Shown in pieces: positions 38,281 to 52,189 of a stretch of DNA of 64,000 nt. Source of the DNA: an uncultured Lachnospiraceae bacterium (GTDB lineage: Bacteria; Bacillota; Clostridia; Lachnospirales; Lachnospiraceae); assembly GCA_900317825.1 (NCBI GenBank), contig ONIH01000003.1:23048-87047 (forward strand), read 5' to 3'. Every line of letters begins with the position of its first letter. The stretch's first letter is position 1. A program made the translations under genes and the position numbers. Under the pieces are notes generated by a model. The model was not told the DNA's origin. It worked only from the letters and a program-made list of their open reading frames with translations, and made no database searches.

Positions 38281-39291
38281 CTATTTATTCGTCTCTTCTA
38301 TAAACTGTTGGAGCTTCTCAGCTGCCTTTCCACTGTCGATAAGTTCCTCGGCCCTCTTCACGCCTTCCTCTATATCCTTTGCCTTTCCAGCGATATAAAT
38401 GGCAGCTCCGGCATTAAGGCAGACAGCCTGACGCTTCGGTCCCTTGTCTTTTCCATTAAGGATGTCTCTGGTAATCTGAGCATTTTCTTCAGGTGTTCCA
38501 CCACCAAGCTCTGACTTGTCGCAGGTCTTATATCCGAAGTCCTCAGGCTTTATCTGATACACGCCCTGTCTGGTACCGTTTATCTCACAGATAGAAGTAG
38601 GAGAGCTCATCGAGATCTCGTCTAAGCTGTCAAGTCCGTAAACCACCATTCCACGCTTTACACCTAAATTGTGTAGAACTGTCGCGAGCGGCTCTACCAG
38701 CGATTCATCGTAAACTCCCATTACCTCATAAGCTGCACCGGCAGGTGAAGTAAGAGGTCCGAGAATATTAAAAATAGTACGGATCCCGAGCTCTTTTCTG
38801 ACCGGTCCGACAAACCTCATTGCCGAATGGTATTTCTGGGCGAAAAGGAAACAGATATTTATTTTCTTCAGGATTTCCAGGTTTCTTGCTGGGTCTATGT
38901 CAATTTTCACTCCTAGAGCTTCGAGGCAGTCGGCTGCGCCAGATTTTGAAGAAGCAGCTCTGTTTCCGTGCTTTGCGACTGGGACATCATCCGCTGCTAT
39001 TATAATAGAAGCAGTGGTAGAGATATTAAATGAGTTTGAACCATCTCCGCCGGTTCCTACGATCTCCAGCACATCCATGTCATTTAAGAGCTTTGTTCCG
39101 GCGGCTCTCATTCCCTCGGCCGATGCTGTGATCTCATCGATTGTCTCACCTTTCATAGACATAGCAGTCAGATAAGCTGCTTCCTGCACCTGACTCGCCT
39201 GTCCGCTCATCAGCTCATCCATTACCTGGCGGGCTTGGTCGTAGGTCAGGTCTTCTTTTTTTACTACTTTCTTAATAGCCTCTGCAATCAT
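38281..39291 (-). CDS. trpD: Anthranilate phosphoribosyltransferase
   Basis: IVGTGGDG...[39 protein letters not shown]. Confidence 0.96.
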   Translation of the reverse strand: MIAEAIKKVVKKEDLTYDQARQVMDELMSGQASQVQEAAYLTAMSMKGETIDEITASAEGMRAAGTKLLNDMDVLEIVGTGGDGSNSFNISTTASIIIAADDVPVAKHGNRAASSKSGAADCLEALGVKIDIDPARNLEILKKINICFLFAQKYHSAMRFVGPVRKELGIRTIFNILGPLTSPAGAAYEVMGVYDESLVEPLATVLHNLGVKRGMVVYGLDSLDEISMSSPTSICEINGTRQGVYQIKPEDFGYKTCDKSELGGGTPEENAQITRDILNGKDKGPKRQAVCLNAGAAIYIAGKAKDIEEGVKRAEELIDSGKAAEKLQQFIEETNK

Positions 39292-39308
39292 TTTCTTCTT
39301 CCTTTCTT

Positions 39309-39370
39309 TGTGTCAACGGAGACGCATTCGCTGACACAAATGTGTCAGTGAACGCGTCCCCAGTGACACA
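39309..39370. repeat. REP-like palindrome, doublet
   Basis: TGTGTCA-N16-TGACACA-AA-TGTGTCA-N16-TGACACA, with cores GGAGACGCATTC and GAACGCGTCCCC in inverted orientation. Confidence 0.8.
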
Positions 39371-39373
39371 CTT

Positions 39374-39946
39374 TTATATCTTGAAAAAATTCTCCATTAT
39401 CTGTTTTCCTACTTCTGTCATGACTGATTCCGGATGGAACTGTACTCCGAAGACCGGATACTCAGTATGCTCAACAGCCATTATCTCTTCCCGTTCATCA
39501 TCTGAAACAGCCGTTATCCTAAGGCACGGTGGAAGAGTGTCCTTGTCGGCTTCCAGCGAATGGTATCTGGCTGCTTCAAAAACCTCAGGAAGTCCGTTCA
39601 GTAACTTGCTTTCTCCAGTTCTCCGTATCGGTTTTTTCTTCCCGTGCATCAGCTCTTTGGCGTAAGTTATACGACCTCCAAAAGCCTCAACTATCGCCTG
39701 ATGTCCCAGACAGACACCCATTATCGGGATTTTTCCACTGAAACGCTTTATCAGGTCGATACAGATCCCGGCATCGGAAGGCCGGCCAGGTCCAGGGGAG
39801 AGCAGTAGATGATCGGGATGCAGTTTTTCCACTTCATCCACAGTCATATCGTCATTTCTGATCACTTTTATGTCGGGATTTACCGAACCTGCAAGATGAT
39901 AGAGATTATAAGTAAAACTATCGTAGTTATCCACTAGAAGTACCAT
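39374..39946 (-). CDS. trpG: Anthranilate synthase component II (glutamine amidotransferase)
   Basis: DNYDSFTYNL, SPGPGRP, GVCLGHQ, QFHPES. Confidence 0.95.
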   Translation of the reverse strand: MVLLVDNYDSFTYNLYHLAGSVNPDIKVIRNDDMTVDEVEKLHPDHLLLSPGPGRPSDAGICIDLIKRFSGKIPIMGVCLGHQAIVEAFGGRITYAKELMHGKKKPIRRTGESKLLNGLPEVFEAARYHSLEADKDTLPPCLRITAVSDDEREEIMAVEHTEYPVFGVQFHPESVMTEVGKQIMENFFKI

Positions 39947-41424
39947 CAGATGCCTCCTTCCGCTTTTTCAACTGCGAGAACTACGGCCTTTGCCTTGTTC
40001 TGACATTCCTGGAATTCCTTTTCAGGAACTGAGTCAGCCACGATTCCGGCTCCGGAACGTATCGTTATCTGGTCATTTTTCTTATAAGCCAGCCTTATGG
40101 CGATGCAGACATCCAGGTTCCCGCTGAAATCTATGTAACCGATGGCACCGCCGTAAATTCCACGCTGGTTATGCTCGAGCTCTTCGATTATCTGACAAGC
40201 TCTGAACTTCGGAGCTCCGGAAAGGGTTCCGGCCGGAAGTATGGCATCTATCGCATCTATCGCGTCTTTGTCATCGGCTATCTCACCTTCAACGGTAGAA
40301 CCTATGTGCATTACCTGTGAATACTTCTGGACTTTCAGATAATCGGTGACCTTTACGGTTCCGAGCTTGCTGACTTTTCCAACGTCATTTCTTCCGAGAT
40401 CTACGAGCATATTATGTTCAGACAGCTCTTTTTCATCGGAGAGAAGATCTTTTATCAGTGCCTCGTCTTCGGCGTCATTTTTTCCACGAGGCCTTGTGCC
40501 TGCAAGTGGGAAACTCGATATCTTACCGTCCTGAAGTCTCGCAAGCGTCTCCGGAGAAGCTCCGGTCAGTTCTATATCTCCACTCGAAAAGTAGAACATA
40601 TAAGGACTCGGGTTTGAAGTGCGAAGAACTCTGTAGGTATCGAACAGGTCTCCCTTAGCCCTTGCTATAAGTGGATCGGAGAGTACCACCTGAAAAATGT
40701 CACCTTCGTGGATATAATGCTTTGCCTTATCCACCATCTGTGCGTATTCTTCTTTTGAGAACATCGGCTCGATCTCGGTCTCCAGCTTCAGGGGCCTGAA
40801 ATCATAGGATTTTTCACCTATAAGAGCACTTTTTATCTCGGCAATCCTTTCTTCTGCCTTTTTATAAGAAGCTTCCGGCTCCGATGTATCAACGCCGCTT
40901 ATCAGATATATCTTCTGCTTATAGTGATCAAAGGCTATGACATCGTTAAAGAGCATCAGATCCATGTCTTTGAAGTCACCGTCATCACTTAATTCAAGCT
41001 TTGGCTCTGCGTACCTGATATAATCATAAGAAAAATATCCGACCAGCCCGCCTGTAAAATACGGAAGCTCCTTTAATACAGCACTTTTATATTTTCTGAT
41101 TATTTTTCTCAGCTCTTCACCAGGATGCTTAACTTCAAGCTCTATAGTCTCTTTCGTACCGTCATCCAGAATAGTTTTCTCTATCATATGACCTTTCTGA
41201 CAGGTAATCTCCATCGAAGGCTTGTATCCAAGGAAGGAGTAGCGGCCCCAGGTCTTATCCTGACTCGCGCTCTCAAGCAGATACACATGACTGCTGTATG
41301 CTCTTAATTTTTTCATCGCCATGATCGGGGTCAGAGTGTCGGCATATATCTCTTCGTATACCGGAACTCTTCTGAAACCGCTGTTCATCGCGATTTCTTT
41401 GACTTTCGCTAAATCTGGTCTCAC
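39946..41424 (-). CDS. trpE: Anthranilate synthase component I
   Basis: LLESA, GRYSF, GDIFQVV, NPSPYM, GASPE, LAGTRPRG, EHNMLVDLGRND, GTLSGAPK; GTG start after GAAAGGAG. Confidence 0.95.
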   Translation of the reverse strand: MRPDLAKVKEIAMNSGFRRVPVYEEIYADTLTPIMAMKKLRAYSSHVYLLESASQDKTWGRYSFLGYKPSMEITCQKGHMIEKTILDDGTKETIELEVKHPGEELRKIIRKYKSAVLKELPYFTGGLVGYFSYDYIRYAEPKLELSDDGDFKDMDLMLFNDVIAFDHYKQKIYLISGVDTSEPEASYKKAEERIAEIKSALIGEKSYDFRPLKLETEIEPMFSKEEYAQMVDKAKHYIHEGDIFQVVLSDPLIARAKGDLFDTYRVLRTSNPSPYMFYFSSGDIELTGASPETLARLQDGKISSFPLAGTRPRGKNDAEDEALIKDLLSDEKELSEHNMLVDLGRNDVGKVSKLGTVKVTDYLKVQKYSQVMHIGSTVEGEIADDKDAIDAIDAILPAGTLSGAPKFRACQIIEELEHNQRGIYGGAIGYIDFSGNLDVCIAIRLAYKKNDQITIRSGAGIVADSVPEKEFQECQNKAKAVVLAVEKAEGGI

Positions 41425-41456
41425 CTGATTCTCCTTTCTTATGCTTCGCCTTGTAT

Positions 41457-41762
41457 AGAAAAAACCCGTTCCTGAAGACATCTGTAATGAATGTCTTCAG
41501 GAACGGGTTCTATAATGACCTATAGTCCCGCGGTGCCATCCTGATTCACGGATTCCCATGCGCTTAGCGAAGTACCAACATACTTCCGGCAACTGACGTA
41601 TGCCCTCACGTCACAGGATACTCAGGAATGCGTCCTTTTCACTGTGCCCTCGGCGGTCCATTTGGAAATCTGCTTACGACCCTGCTCTCATCATCCAGGA
41701 TTCTCTGTGCGCGCTCAATAACCTTTATCTCCGCTTCATCGGTTTTTCTTATCTATTGAATT
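41457..41762 (-). promoter_or_regulatory. Trp T-box riboswitch leader with terminator
   Basis: AGAGA and GGATG stem I boxes, specifier loop AAA-UGG-ACC (UGG at 41658-41660), T-box AATCAGGATGGCACCGCG (41529-41546), perfect 19-bp terminator stem (41463-41509) with U run. Confidence 0.92.
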
Positions 41763-41768
41763 GCTCTC

Positions 41769-41797
41769 ATCTTACTACTTGTATTAGAAAAATGCAA
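41769..41797 (-). promoter_or_regulatory. SigA promoter of the trp operon
   Basis: TTGCAT-N17-TAAGAT. Confidence 0.7.
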
Positions 41798-41838
41798 GCA
41801 CTAATTTTTCTGTAAGTTGAATTTATCTCAATACATAC

Positions 41839-41867
41839 TTGACTTTTATTCATTTATGGACTATTGT
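41839..41867 (+). promoter_or_regulatory. SigA promoter of cstA
   Basis: TTGACT-N17-TATTGT. Confidence 0.55.
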
Positions 41868-41920
41868 ACTTTTTGACAGAAAAAATACTTTTTTTAGGAA
41901 AAAGAAAGAAGGTTAAATCA

Positions 41921-43651
41921 ATGAACAGTCTGGTAATCTTACTTATCGCTGCCGTCTGTCTTGTCATAGGGTACGTCTTTTACGGCGGCTACCTGGTAAA
42001 GACATGGGGCATCGACCCGGACAGAAAAACTCCCGCAGTTGAAAAGAACGACGGTGTCGACTATGTGCCGACTTCGAAGTTCACAGTTTTCGCCCACCAG
42101 TTTTCATCTATAGCAGGTGCTGGCCCGGTACAGGGACCTATCCTCGCTTCGATGTTCGGCTGGGTGCCGGTTCTCCTCTGGCTTTTGTTCGGAGGCATTT
42201 TCTTCGGAGCAGTTCAGGACTTCGGTTCTCTGTATGCATCCGTTAAGAACAGCGGTAAGTCGATTACCCTCGTCATTGAAAAATATATCGGAAAGACCGG
42301 AAGAAGAGTCTTCACGATGTTCTGCTGGCTCTTCTGTCTCCTGGTTATCGCAGCTTTCACCTCGATGTGCTCGAGCACTTTTGCACCAGTGATCGCCGAT
42401 GGCACTTCAAAAGCTGCTGCTCAGACGACTCTCTATAACGGAGCTTCAGCCGGTTCTATCTCACTGCTTTTTATAGCAGGTGCCATTGTTTTAGGTCTTT
42501 TCCTTAAAAAGACAAAGCTGAAGAATGAAGCTGTCAAAGCTGTTATCGCTATAGCTTTAGTAGTTGCTATGTACGCTATCGGAATGCATCTTCCTATCTA
42601 TTTAAGCGCCAGCCAGTGGAACTTCGTGATCATGGCTTACATCTTCGTAGCAGCGCTTCTTCCTATGTGGCTTCTGATGGAGCCTCGTGATTACATGACG
42701 ACTTTCTCGATGCTCTTCATGATAATCGGAGCAGTAGTCGGCATCTTCGTAGCTCATCCTTCGATGAAGCTGAATGCATTCAATGGTTTTGCAGTCGTTA
42801 ATTCTACAGGCGCCAAACAGTACCTGTTCCCGACACTTTTCGTAACTATCGCCTGCGGAGCTATCTCAGGTTTCCACAGCCTTGTTTCTTCGGGAACTAC
42901 TTCAAAGACCATCCGCAACGAAAAGGATATGAAGTTCGTAGGCTACGGAGCCATGCTTCTCGAGACTTTAGTCGGCGTTATCTCGCTGATAGTTGTCGGA
43001 GCTGTTGCAAAAGGAGGGCTCGCTCCTGCAAATCAGACACCTTTCGCTATTTTCTCAAGCGGTGTAGCAGGATTCTTCGAACTCCTCGGAATCCCGAATT
43101 CAGTAGCAAACGTATTCATGACGATGTGCGTTTCAGCCCTCGCCCTTACGACTCTCGATTCTGTAGCCCGTCTTGGAAAAATGTTCTTCCAGGAACTGTT
43201 TCGTACTGAAGCTCCTGACTCTGAGAAGTCAGCCACTGAAAAAATACTGACAAACCCTATAGTAGCTACACTTATCACCCTGGTTCTCGGATATATCCTC
43301 TGCCTCGGTGGATATCAGAATATCTGGGCTCTGTTCGGTTCAGCAAACCAGATGCTCGGAGCTGTAGTTCTCTTAGGAATCGCAGTTTTCCTTAAAGCTA
43401 CTAACCGTAAGAACGTAATGCTTTTCCCACCGATGATCATAATGATCGCCGTTACATACACAGCCATCATCCAGAATGTAATTGGCAATGTAAAGGCTTT
43501 CGCATCAGGTCAGGGAACTTTCCTGATCAACGGAATGCAGCTTATAGTAGCGGCGTTCCTGATCATACTCGGTGCTTTCGTCATCGTGATGTGCTTCAAG
43601 TCACTCGCCCGTTTCCGCAGAGAGCGCATTTCAGAAACTGCTGAAGCATAA
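41921..43651 (+). CDS. cstA: Carbon starvation protein A family transporter
   Basis: TPAVEKNDGVDYVP, HQFSSIAGAGP, EPRDY, TIACGAISGFH, GYGAMLLE, LFGSANQ. Confidence 0.92.
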   Translation: MNSLVILLIAAVCLVIGYVFYGGYLVKTWGIDPDRKTPAVEKNDGVDYVPTSKFTVFAHQFSSIAGAGPVQGPILASMFGWVPVLLWLLFGGIFFGAVQDFGSLYASVKNSGKSITLVIEKYIGKTGRRVFTMFCWLFCLLVIAAFTSMCSSTFAPVIADGTSKAAAQTTLYNGASAGSISLLFIAGAIVLGLFLKKTKLKNEAVKAVIAIALVVAMYAIGMHLPIYLSASQWNFVIMAYIFVAALLPMWLLMEPRDYMTTFSMLFMIIGAVVGIFVAHPSMKLNAFNGFAVVNSTGAKQYLFPTLFVTIACGAISGFHSLVSSGTTSKTIRNEKDMKFVGYGAMLLETLVGVISLIVVGAVAKGGLAPANQTPFAIFSSGVAGFFELLGIPNSVANVFMTMCVSALALTTLDSVARLGKMFFQELFRTEAPDSEKSATEKILTNPIVATLITLVLGYILCLGGYQNIWALFGSANQMLGAVVLLGIAVFLKATNRKNVMLFPPMIIMIAVTYTAIIQNVIGNVKAFASGQGTFLINGMQLIVAAFLIILGAFVIVMCFKSLARFRRERISETAEA

Positions 43652-43670
43652 AAAATCTACAATCATTCCA

Positions 43671-43704
43671 GTCGTCCCGGAATTACTCCGGGGCGATTTT
43701 TTTA
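43671..43704 (+). terminator. Terminator after cstA
   Basis: TCGTCCCGGA-ATTAC-TCCGGGGCGA followed by T7. Confidence 0.8.
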
Positions 43705-43767
43705 TGGATTTTATACTGTAAATCTGCTATCATGTGAGTATTGTAATTTAAAGAAAGGGGTCTTTTT

Positions 43768-44625
43768 ATGGACTATAATAATGGTAATGACTGGAATGAC
43801 AACCAGTGGAATAATGAAAACGGCTGGCAGCAGCAGACGCCGCCTCCGTTTCAGAGACAGCCTATTTTTTACAATGGTTTTCTGAACCGCACTGTATTAA
43901 AAAGTGAATCGAGGATCATGTTCAGGCAGAATTACGGAACTGTCCTTGCAGCGACGATCCTGCCTTCTATTATAGCAGCCGGAGTCGTAGCGATTCCTCT
44001 TATCGGCGGTATTCTTTCCTGGCTTTTTGCACCGATCCTCTATATCGGCGGATACTACGTGGTCCTTGGTATCATCAGAAATCATAACTTCCATATTGGC
44101 AATATGTTCGACATCTTCGATAACTTTGGAAATGTCTTCGGTGCTTCGTTCACCACGAACCTGTTTCTCTTCCTGTGGTCTCTCTGCCTCACGATCCCAG
44201 CTGGAATCATACTTGGGATTGCCGGTTTTCAGATAGAGTGGAGCAGTAATTATTCTGGTCCTCTGCCTGTTCCAACTGACAAATGCATGGCTTTTATCCT
44301 TCTAGTCTGCCTGATCTGCTGTATACCGGCTATCTACAAGGCATTCTGCTGGGCTATGGTCCCTTTCCTGCTTGCAGACAATCCTCATTTGACAGGCACT
44401 CAGGCAAGACACCTTTCAGCTGACATGATGAACGGACATAAATGGGAGTACTTCGTTATGATATTCTCATTCATCGGCTGGTTCATCCTCTCAGCCTGCA
44501 CCCTTGGTCTTCTCGGGCTGTTCTACGTAAATCCCTGGGTCATGACTGCTACCTGCGATTACTACGATAACCTCCGCATGCTCTACGAAGCACAGCACCA
44601 GCAGCCAGAAACTGAAACCATATAA
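43768..44625 (+). CDS. DUF975-like membrane protein
   Basis: FLWSLC..IP, YFLLADNP-like FLLADNP, MMNGHKWEYF, LSACTLGLLGLFYVNPW; N/W/Q-rich N-terminus. Confidence 0.8.
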   Translation: MDYNNGNDWNDNQWNNENGWQQQTPPPFQRQPIFYNGFLNRTVLKSESRIMFRQNYGTVLAATILPSIIAAGVVAIPLIGGILSWLFAPILYIGGYYVVLGIIRNHNFHIGNMFDIFDNFGNVFGASFTTNLFLFLWSLCLTIPAGIILGIAGFQIEWSSNYSGPLPVPTDKCMAFILLVCLICCIPAIYKAFCWAMVPFLLADNPHLTGTQARHLSADMMNGHKWEYFVMIFSFIGWFILSACTLGLLGLFYVNPWVMTATCDYYDNLRMLYEAQHQQPETETI

Positions 44626-44700
44626 AATAACGGGCTCGTCATGAGCCCGTTTTATTATTCTTTACAAAAAAAATTCCAGGCCCTAAAGCCTGGGATTTTT
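44626..44700. terminator. Two back-to-back terminators between convergent units
   Basis: ACGGGCTC-GTCAT-GAGCCCGT+TTT (44630-44653) and A-run-AATTCCAGGC-N6-GCCTGGGATT-TTT (44666-44700). Confidence 0.8.
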
Positions 44701-44709
44701 ATATAAGAG

Positions 44710-44780
44710 AGGCGCCACTCGGATTTGAACCGGGGATAGAGGTGTTGCAGACCTTTGCCTTACCACTTGGCTATGGCGCC
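44710..44780 (-). tRNA. tRNA-Cys (anticodon GCA)
   Basis: GGCGCCA acceptor stem, loop CT-GCA-AC, GGTTCAAATCC T-arm, U73 discriminator. Confidence 0.95.
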
Positions 44781-44786
44781 ATAAAA

Positions 44787-44874
44787 CGGAGAAGGAGGGA
44801 TTTGAACCCTCGCGCCGGTTTCCCGACCTATACCCTTAGCAGGGGCACCTCTTCGGCCTCTTGAGTACTTCTCC
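44787..44874 (-). tRNA. tRNA-Ser (anticodon GCT)
   Basis: GGAGAAG acceptor stem, loop CT-GCT-AA, long variable arm, GGTTCAAATCCC. Confidence 0.95.
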
Positions 44875-44942
44875 AAAAGCATTTCTGAAAAATGCCCTTT
44901 ACCAAGGCACGTATCATTTCTCTCTTCTCAACGTGCTTTTCT

Positions 44943-44971
44943 ATTTTACTAAATATTCACTTGTTTGTCAA
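44943..44971 (-). promoter_or_regulatory. SigA promoter of the tRNA-Ser/tRNA-Cys unit
   Basis: TTGACA-N17-TAAAAT. Confidence 0.85.
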
Positions 44972-44980
44972 TGACTTTTT

Positions 44981-45529
44981 TTATCTTTTGTACTGAGCCT
45001 GGGCTGTAGCGTAGAGATTATTTCCATGGTCATCTGCTACGACTATGACTGGGAAATCCTCGACCGTGATGAGCCTTATGGCTTCAGCTCCGAGGTCTTC
45101 GTAGGCGATAACTTCGGATTTTTTGATGCACTGTGAAAGGAGAGCTCCGGCTCCGCCTATTGCTGCAAAGTAAACTGCATGATCACGTACTACAGCGTCA
45201 AGTACTTCCTTTGTTCGTTTACCTTTTCCGACCATGGCCCTTTCACCAAGGTCTAAAAGAGTAGGAGCGTACTTATCCATTCTGCTGGCTGTTGTAGGCC
45301 CAGCTGAGCCAATCGGACGACCCTCTCTGGCAGGAGACGGTCCCATATAGTAGATGATGCAGTCCTTTATATCGATCGGGAGCTTCTCATTTTTTTCGAT
45401 AAGCTCCATAAGGCGCTTGTGTGCCGCGTCTCTCGCCACATACATCTGACCGCTCAGGTACACGAAGTCTCCGGCGTTCAGAGAATCAGCTATTTCTGCC
45501 GTGATCGGCAGCTGTATATGCCTTTCCAT
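44981..45529 (-). CDS. Fe-S hydro-lyase (fumarate hydratase class I / tartrate dehydratase) beta subunit
   Basis: ARDAAHKRL, YYMGPSP, GSAGPTTASRMDKY, GKGKR, DLGAEAI. Confidence 0.9.
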   Translation of the reverse strand: MERHIQLPITAEIADSLNAGDFVYLSGQMYVARDAAHKRLMELIEKNEKLPIDIKDCIIYYMGPSPAREGRPIGSAGPTTASRMDKYAPTLLDLGERAMVGKGKRTKEVLDAVVRDHAVYFAAIGGAGALLSQCIKKSEVIAYEDLGAEAIRLITVEDFPVIVVADDHGNNLYATAQAQYKR

Positions 45530-45530
45530 A

Positions 45531-46376
45531 TCACACCTCCCTGACTATGTGTCTGTTCACGTGGCAGCAGATGTTCACAGCGACTGGCAGACCGGCGATG
45601 TGAGTAGGGTAGGTGTTCACGTTCACGGCAAGAGCTGTGACTGTACCGCCTAGTCCTGCCGGACCGATTCCCAGATCATTTATCTTTGCAAGCATCTCTT
45701 CTTCGAGCTGTGCAGCCCAGTCCACATCTGAGTGTACACCGACTTCACGTGTCAGAGCTTCTTTTGCCATCTCCGCGCATTTTTCAAAGTCACCGCCGAT
45801 TCCGACACCTATGACCATTGGCGGGCAGGCATTTGGGCCAGCGTCATTTACGGCTGTAAGAATGGCTTCCTTGACTCCGTCAAGTCCCTGGGCCGGTTTC
45901 AGCATGAATACACGGCTCATATTCTCACTGCCGAAGCCTTTAGGCGCCACTTTTATGCGGATTTTATCACCCGGAACTATTTTTTCATGGATGATGGCAG
46001 GAGTGTTATCGCCGGTATTTTTGCGGATTATCGGGTCAGATACTACAGACTTCCTTAAGTATCCGTCTGTGTATCCCTGCCTTACTCCCTCGTTTACCGC
46101 ATCCTCGAGGTTTCCACCTGTCAGATGCACATCCTGTCCTATCTCAAGAAAAATGACCGCCATTCCAGTATCCTGACAGATCGGGATCTGGTCATTTTTT
46201 GCTATATCGAGATTTTTCTGAAGCTCGCCTAATATCTGCTTTCCGAGAGGTGATTCTTCCTTCTCATGGGCTTCTCCAAGCACCTGCTTCATATCATCCG
46301 AGAGTTCATAATTTACAGAAATGCACATCTCCCGGATGTTCTTTGTTATCTCACTTACGTCTACTTCTCGTATCAT
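45531..46376 (-). CDS. Fe-S hydro-lyase (fumarate hydratase class I / tartrate dehydratase) alpha subunit
   Basis: [46 protein letters not shown]. Confidence 0.9.
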   Translation of the reverse strand: MIREVDVSEITKNIREMCISVNYELSDDMKQVLGEAHEKEESPLGKQILGELQKNLDIAKNDQIPICQDTGMAVIFLEIGQDVHLTGGNLEDAVNEGVRQGYTDGYLRKSVVSDPIIRKNTGDNTPAIIHEKIVPGDKIRIKVAPKGFGSENMSRVFMLKPAQGLDGVKEAILTAVNDAGPNACPPMVIGVGIGGDFEKCAEMAKEALTREVGVHSDVDWAAQLEEEMLAKINDLGIGPAGLGGTVTALAVNVNTYPTHIAGLPVAVNICCHVNRHIVREV

Positions 46377-48984
46377 TCGTCCTTCTTATCCTGCTCTGCA
46401 CGATCTAAAAGTCTGTTGATATCGTTCTGTTCAGCCTGTTTGTCTTTATCTGGGTCGGAAACCGGCTCTGAGTCCTGAGTTTCGGCATTTTCTTCAGCTT
46501 CTTCCTTTGCGGCTTCTTCCGCCTCTTCCTCGAGATAATCTCTGCGGACCTTAGCGATCGATGCCACTTTTTCACCAGGCTTTAAGTCGATAAGCTTTAC
46601 ACCTGTGCCATATCTCGACTGGAGAGTAGTCTCGCCAACCTTGATACGGATGATGGTTCCGCTGGTATTTATAATCATGACTTCATCGTCCTGATTTACG
46701 ACCTTGACGCCTACGAGGTTTCCGGTACGCTCGGAGATGCTGTAGCACTTATTTCCCTTGATTCCCCTGTTCTTTAATGGGAATTCTGAGAGAAGAGTGC
46801 ACTTTCCTAGTCCTTTTTCTGAGACGATAAGTGCTGATTCACCCTGGGAATCAAGCTGCATGGCGATTATCTCATCGCCGGCTGACAGGTTCATTCCACG
46901 GACCCCGGTAGCAGTTCGTCCCATCGGTCTTACGTCTGTAGACTTAAACCTGCATGACTGACCGAACTTCGTGAACAGAAGGATCTGATCCTTATCCGTG
47001 ACTTTCTTTACAGTGATAAGTTCATCGCCGTCCTTCAGGTTCACAGCGATAAGGCCGTTTTTGTTAATATTCTCAAAATCGCTGACCTTTGTCTTCTTCA
47101 CTGTTCCGGTTTTTGTGACCATGAAGAGGTACTCATCATCCTCCGGGTTCTCATCACGGAGAGCGATAGTAGAAGTGATCTTTTCATCACCGGCCAGCTG
47201 GATCAGGTTCACGATGGCTGTTCCACGCGCAGTTCTCGATGCTTCAGGAATCTTATAGGCCTTCAGCCTATAGACACGGCCCTTGTTTGTGAAGAACAGA
47301 AGGTTATGATGATTTGTCGTCATCATCAGCTCTGTGATGTAGTCGTCATCCAGGAGTTCTGTTCCCTTGATGCCTTTTCCACCACGGTTCTGAGCCTTGA
47401 AGTTCTCAATGCTCATACGCTTGATGTAGCCTACATTCGTAAATGTAATAACTGTATTGTCATCAGGTATCAGATCCTCGTCATCGAGATCATCATCTCC
47501 GCCGGCTACGATCTTTGTACGTCTGTCATCGCCGTATTTATCCTTGTAAACGACGATTTCTTTCTTTATGACTCCGAGAAGCAGCTTCTCATCTCCGAGA
47601 ATTGCCTGGTATTCCTTGATTTTTTCCTCAAGTCCCTTGTATTCGTCCTCGAGCTTCTGTCTCTCCAGACCTGTCAGAGCACGAAGTCTCATCTCTACGA
47701 TATTCGAAGCCTGGACTTCATCAAGGCCGAACCTGTTCATAAGGCTGGTCTTGGCTGTAGCTACGTCCTTCGAACCTCTGATTATCGAAATGACTTCATC
47801 GATGTAATCGAGTGCTTTTAAAAGTCCTTCGAGGATATGAGCTCTTTCCTGAGCTTTGTTCAGATCATACTTTGTACGTCTGGTGACTACTTCTTCCTGG
47901 AAACTCAGGTAGTTATCGAGCAGTTCCTTTAAGTTCAGGATCTTCGGCTGGTTATCCACGAGTGCGAGCATTATGGCTCCGTAAGTCTCCTGGAGCTGTG
48001 TATGCTTATACAGCTGGTTCAGCATGATCTGTGGATTTACGTCTTTTCTGAGTTCTATAGCTACTCGCATTCCCTCACGGCTGGTCTCATCACGGAGAGC
48101 CGTGATACCGTCGAGCTTTTTGCTCTTTACAAGTTCTGCGATATTCTCGATAAGACGGGCTTTGTTCACATAATACGGAAGCTCTGTGATGACTATTCGA
48201 TTCTTTCCGTTTGCCATCGGCTCTATATCAGTGATTCCACGTACTTTTATTTTTCCACGGCCTGTACGGTAAGTGTCGTTTATTCCCTTATGTCCGATGA
48301 TCTCGGCTCCAGTCGGGAAATCAGGTCCTTTGATTATCGTCATCAGCTCATCGATAGAAGTGTCACGGTCTTCGTTTACTTTGTTATCGATGATCCTTAC
48401 CACTGCGTCGGTCACCTCGCGGAGGTTATGCGGCGGAATATTCGTAGCCATGCCGACTGCGATACCCTGAGCACCGTTTACAAGCAGGTTCGGGTAACGT
48501 GAAGGAAGGACTACAGGCTCTTTCTCAGTCTCATCGTAGTTTGGGATGAAATCCACGGTATCTTTGCCGATATCCTGGATCATCGCTAGCGAGATTTTTG
48601 AAAGACGGGCCTCTGTATAACGCATGGCAGCCGGGCTGTCACCGTCGACTGAACCGAAATTCCCGTGTCCGTCAACGAGCGGATACCTGGTGTTCCAGTC
48701 CTGCGCCAGATTTACCAACGCTCCGTAGATAGAAGAATCTCCGTGCGGATGATATTTACCCATTGTATCACCGACTATACGGGCGCATTTTCTGTGAGGC
48801 TTGTCCGGATAGTTGTTCATCTCGCTCATCGAGTAGAGGATACGTCGCTGGACTGGCTTCAGACCGTCGCGCACATCCGGAAGAGCTCGGGATACGATAA
48901 CACTCATCGAATAGTCGAGATAAGAAGACTCCATGGTCTTCTTTAAGTCTACTTCTCTTATATTGTCAAAAATTTTGTCATCCA

Positions 48985-48985
<1 letters not shown>
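46373..48985 (-). CDS. gyrA: DNA gyrase subunit A
   Basis: [32 protein letters not shown], GyrA-box QNRGGKG, acidic C-terminal tail. Confidence 0.98.
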
Positions 48986-51975
<2,990 letters not shown>

Positions 51976-51979
<4 letters not shown>

Positions 51980-52188
51980 CGAACGATCTTTATCTCCTCA
52001 CCGTTGTAGGATACTGTATCTCCATTATAAAGTTTCCTGCCTCGCCTCAGCTCTTCTTCACCGTTCACCTGGACTTCTCCGTCCAGGATGACTTCCTTGG
52101 CTTCGACTCCGGAACTCACCAGGCCGGCCTTTTTCAAAGCCTGGCCGAGCTTAATAAACTCATCTGTTTCTCTTATCTTTACTTCCAT
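51976..52188 (-). CDS. yaaA: S4-domain RNA-binding protein YaaA
   Basis: FIKLGQALKKAGLVSSGVEAK..I.DG.V.VNGE.E.RRGRKL; lies between dnaN and recF. Confidence 0.93.
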
Positions 52189-52189
52189 T

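Noticed and set aside
33485-44700. trp-cstA block as a genomic island integrated at tRNA-Cys
   Set aside because: No integrase and no duplicated tRNA 3' end (att site) seen; the content is ordinary metabolism
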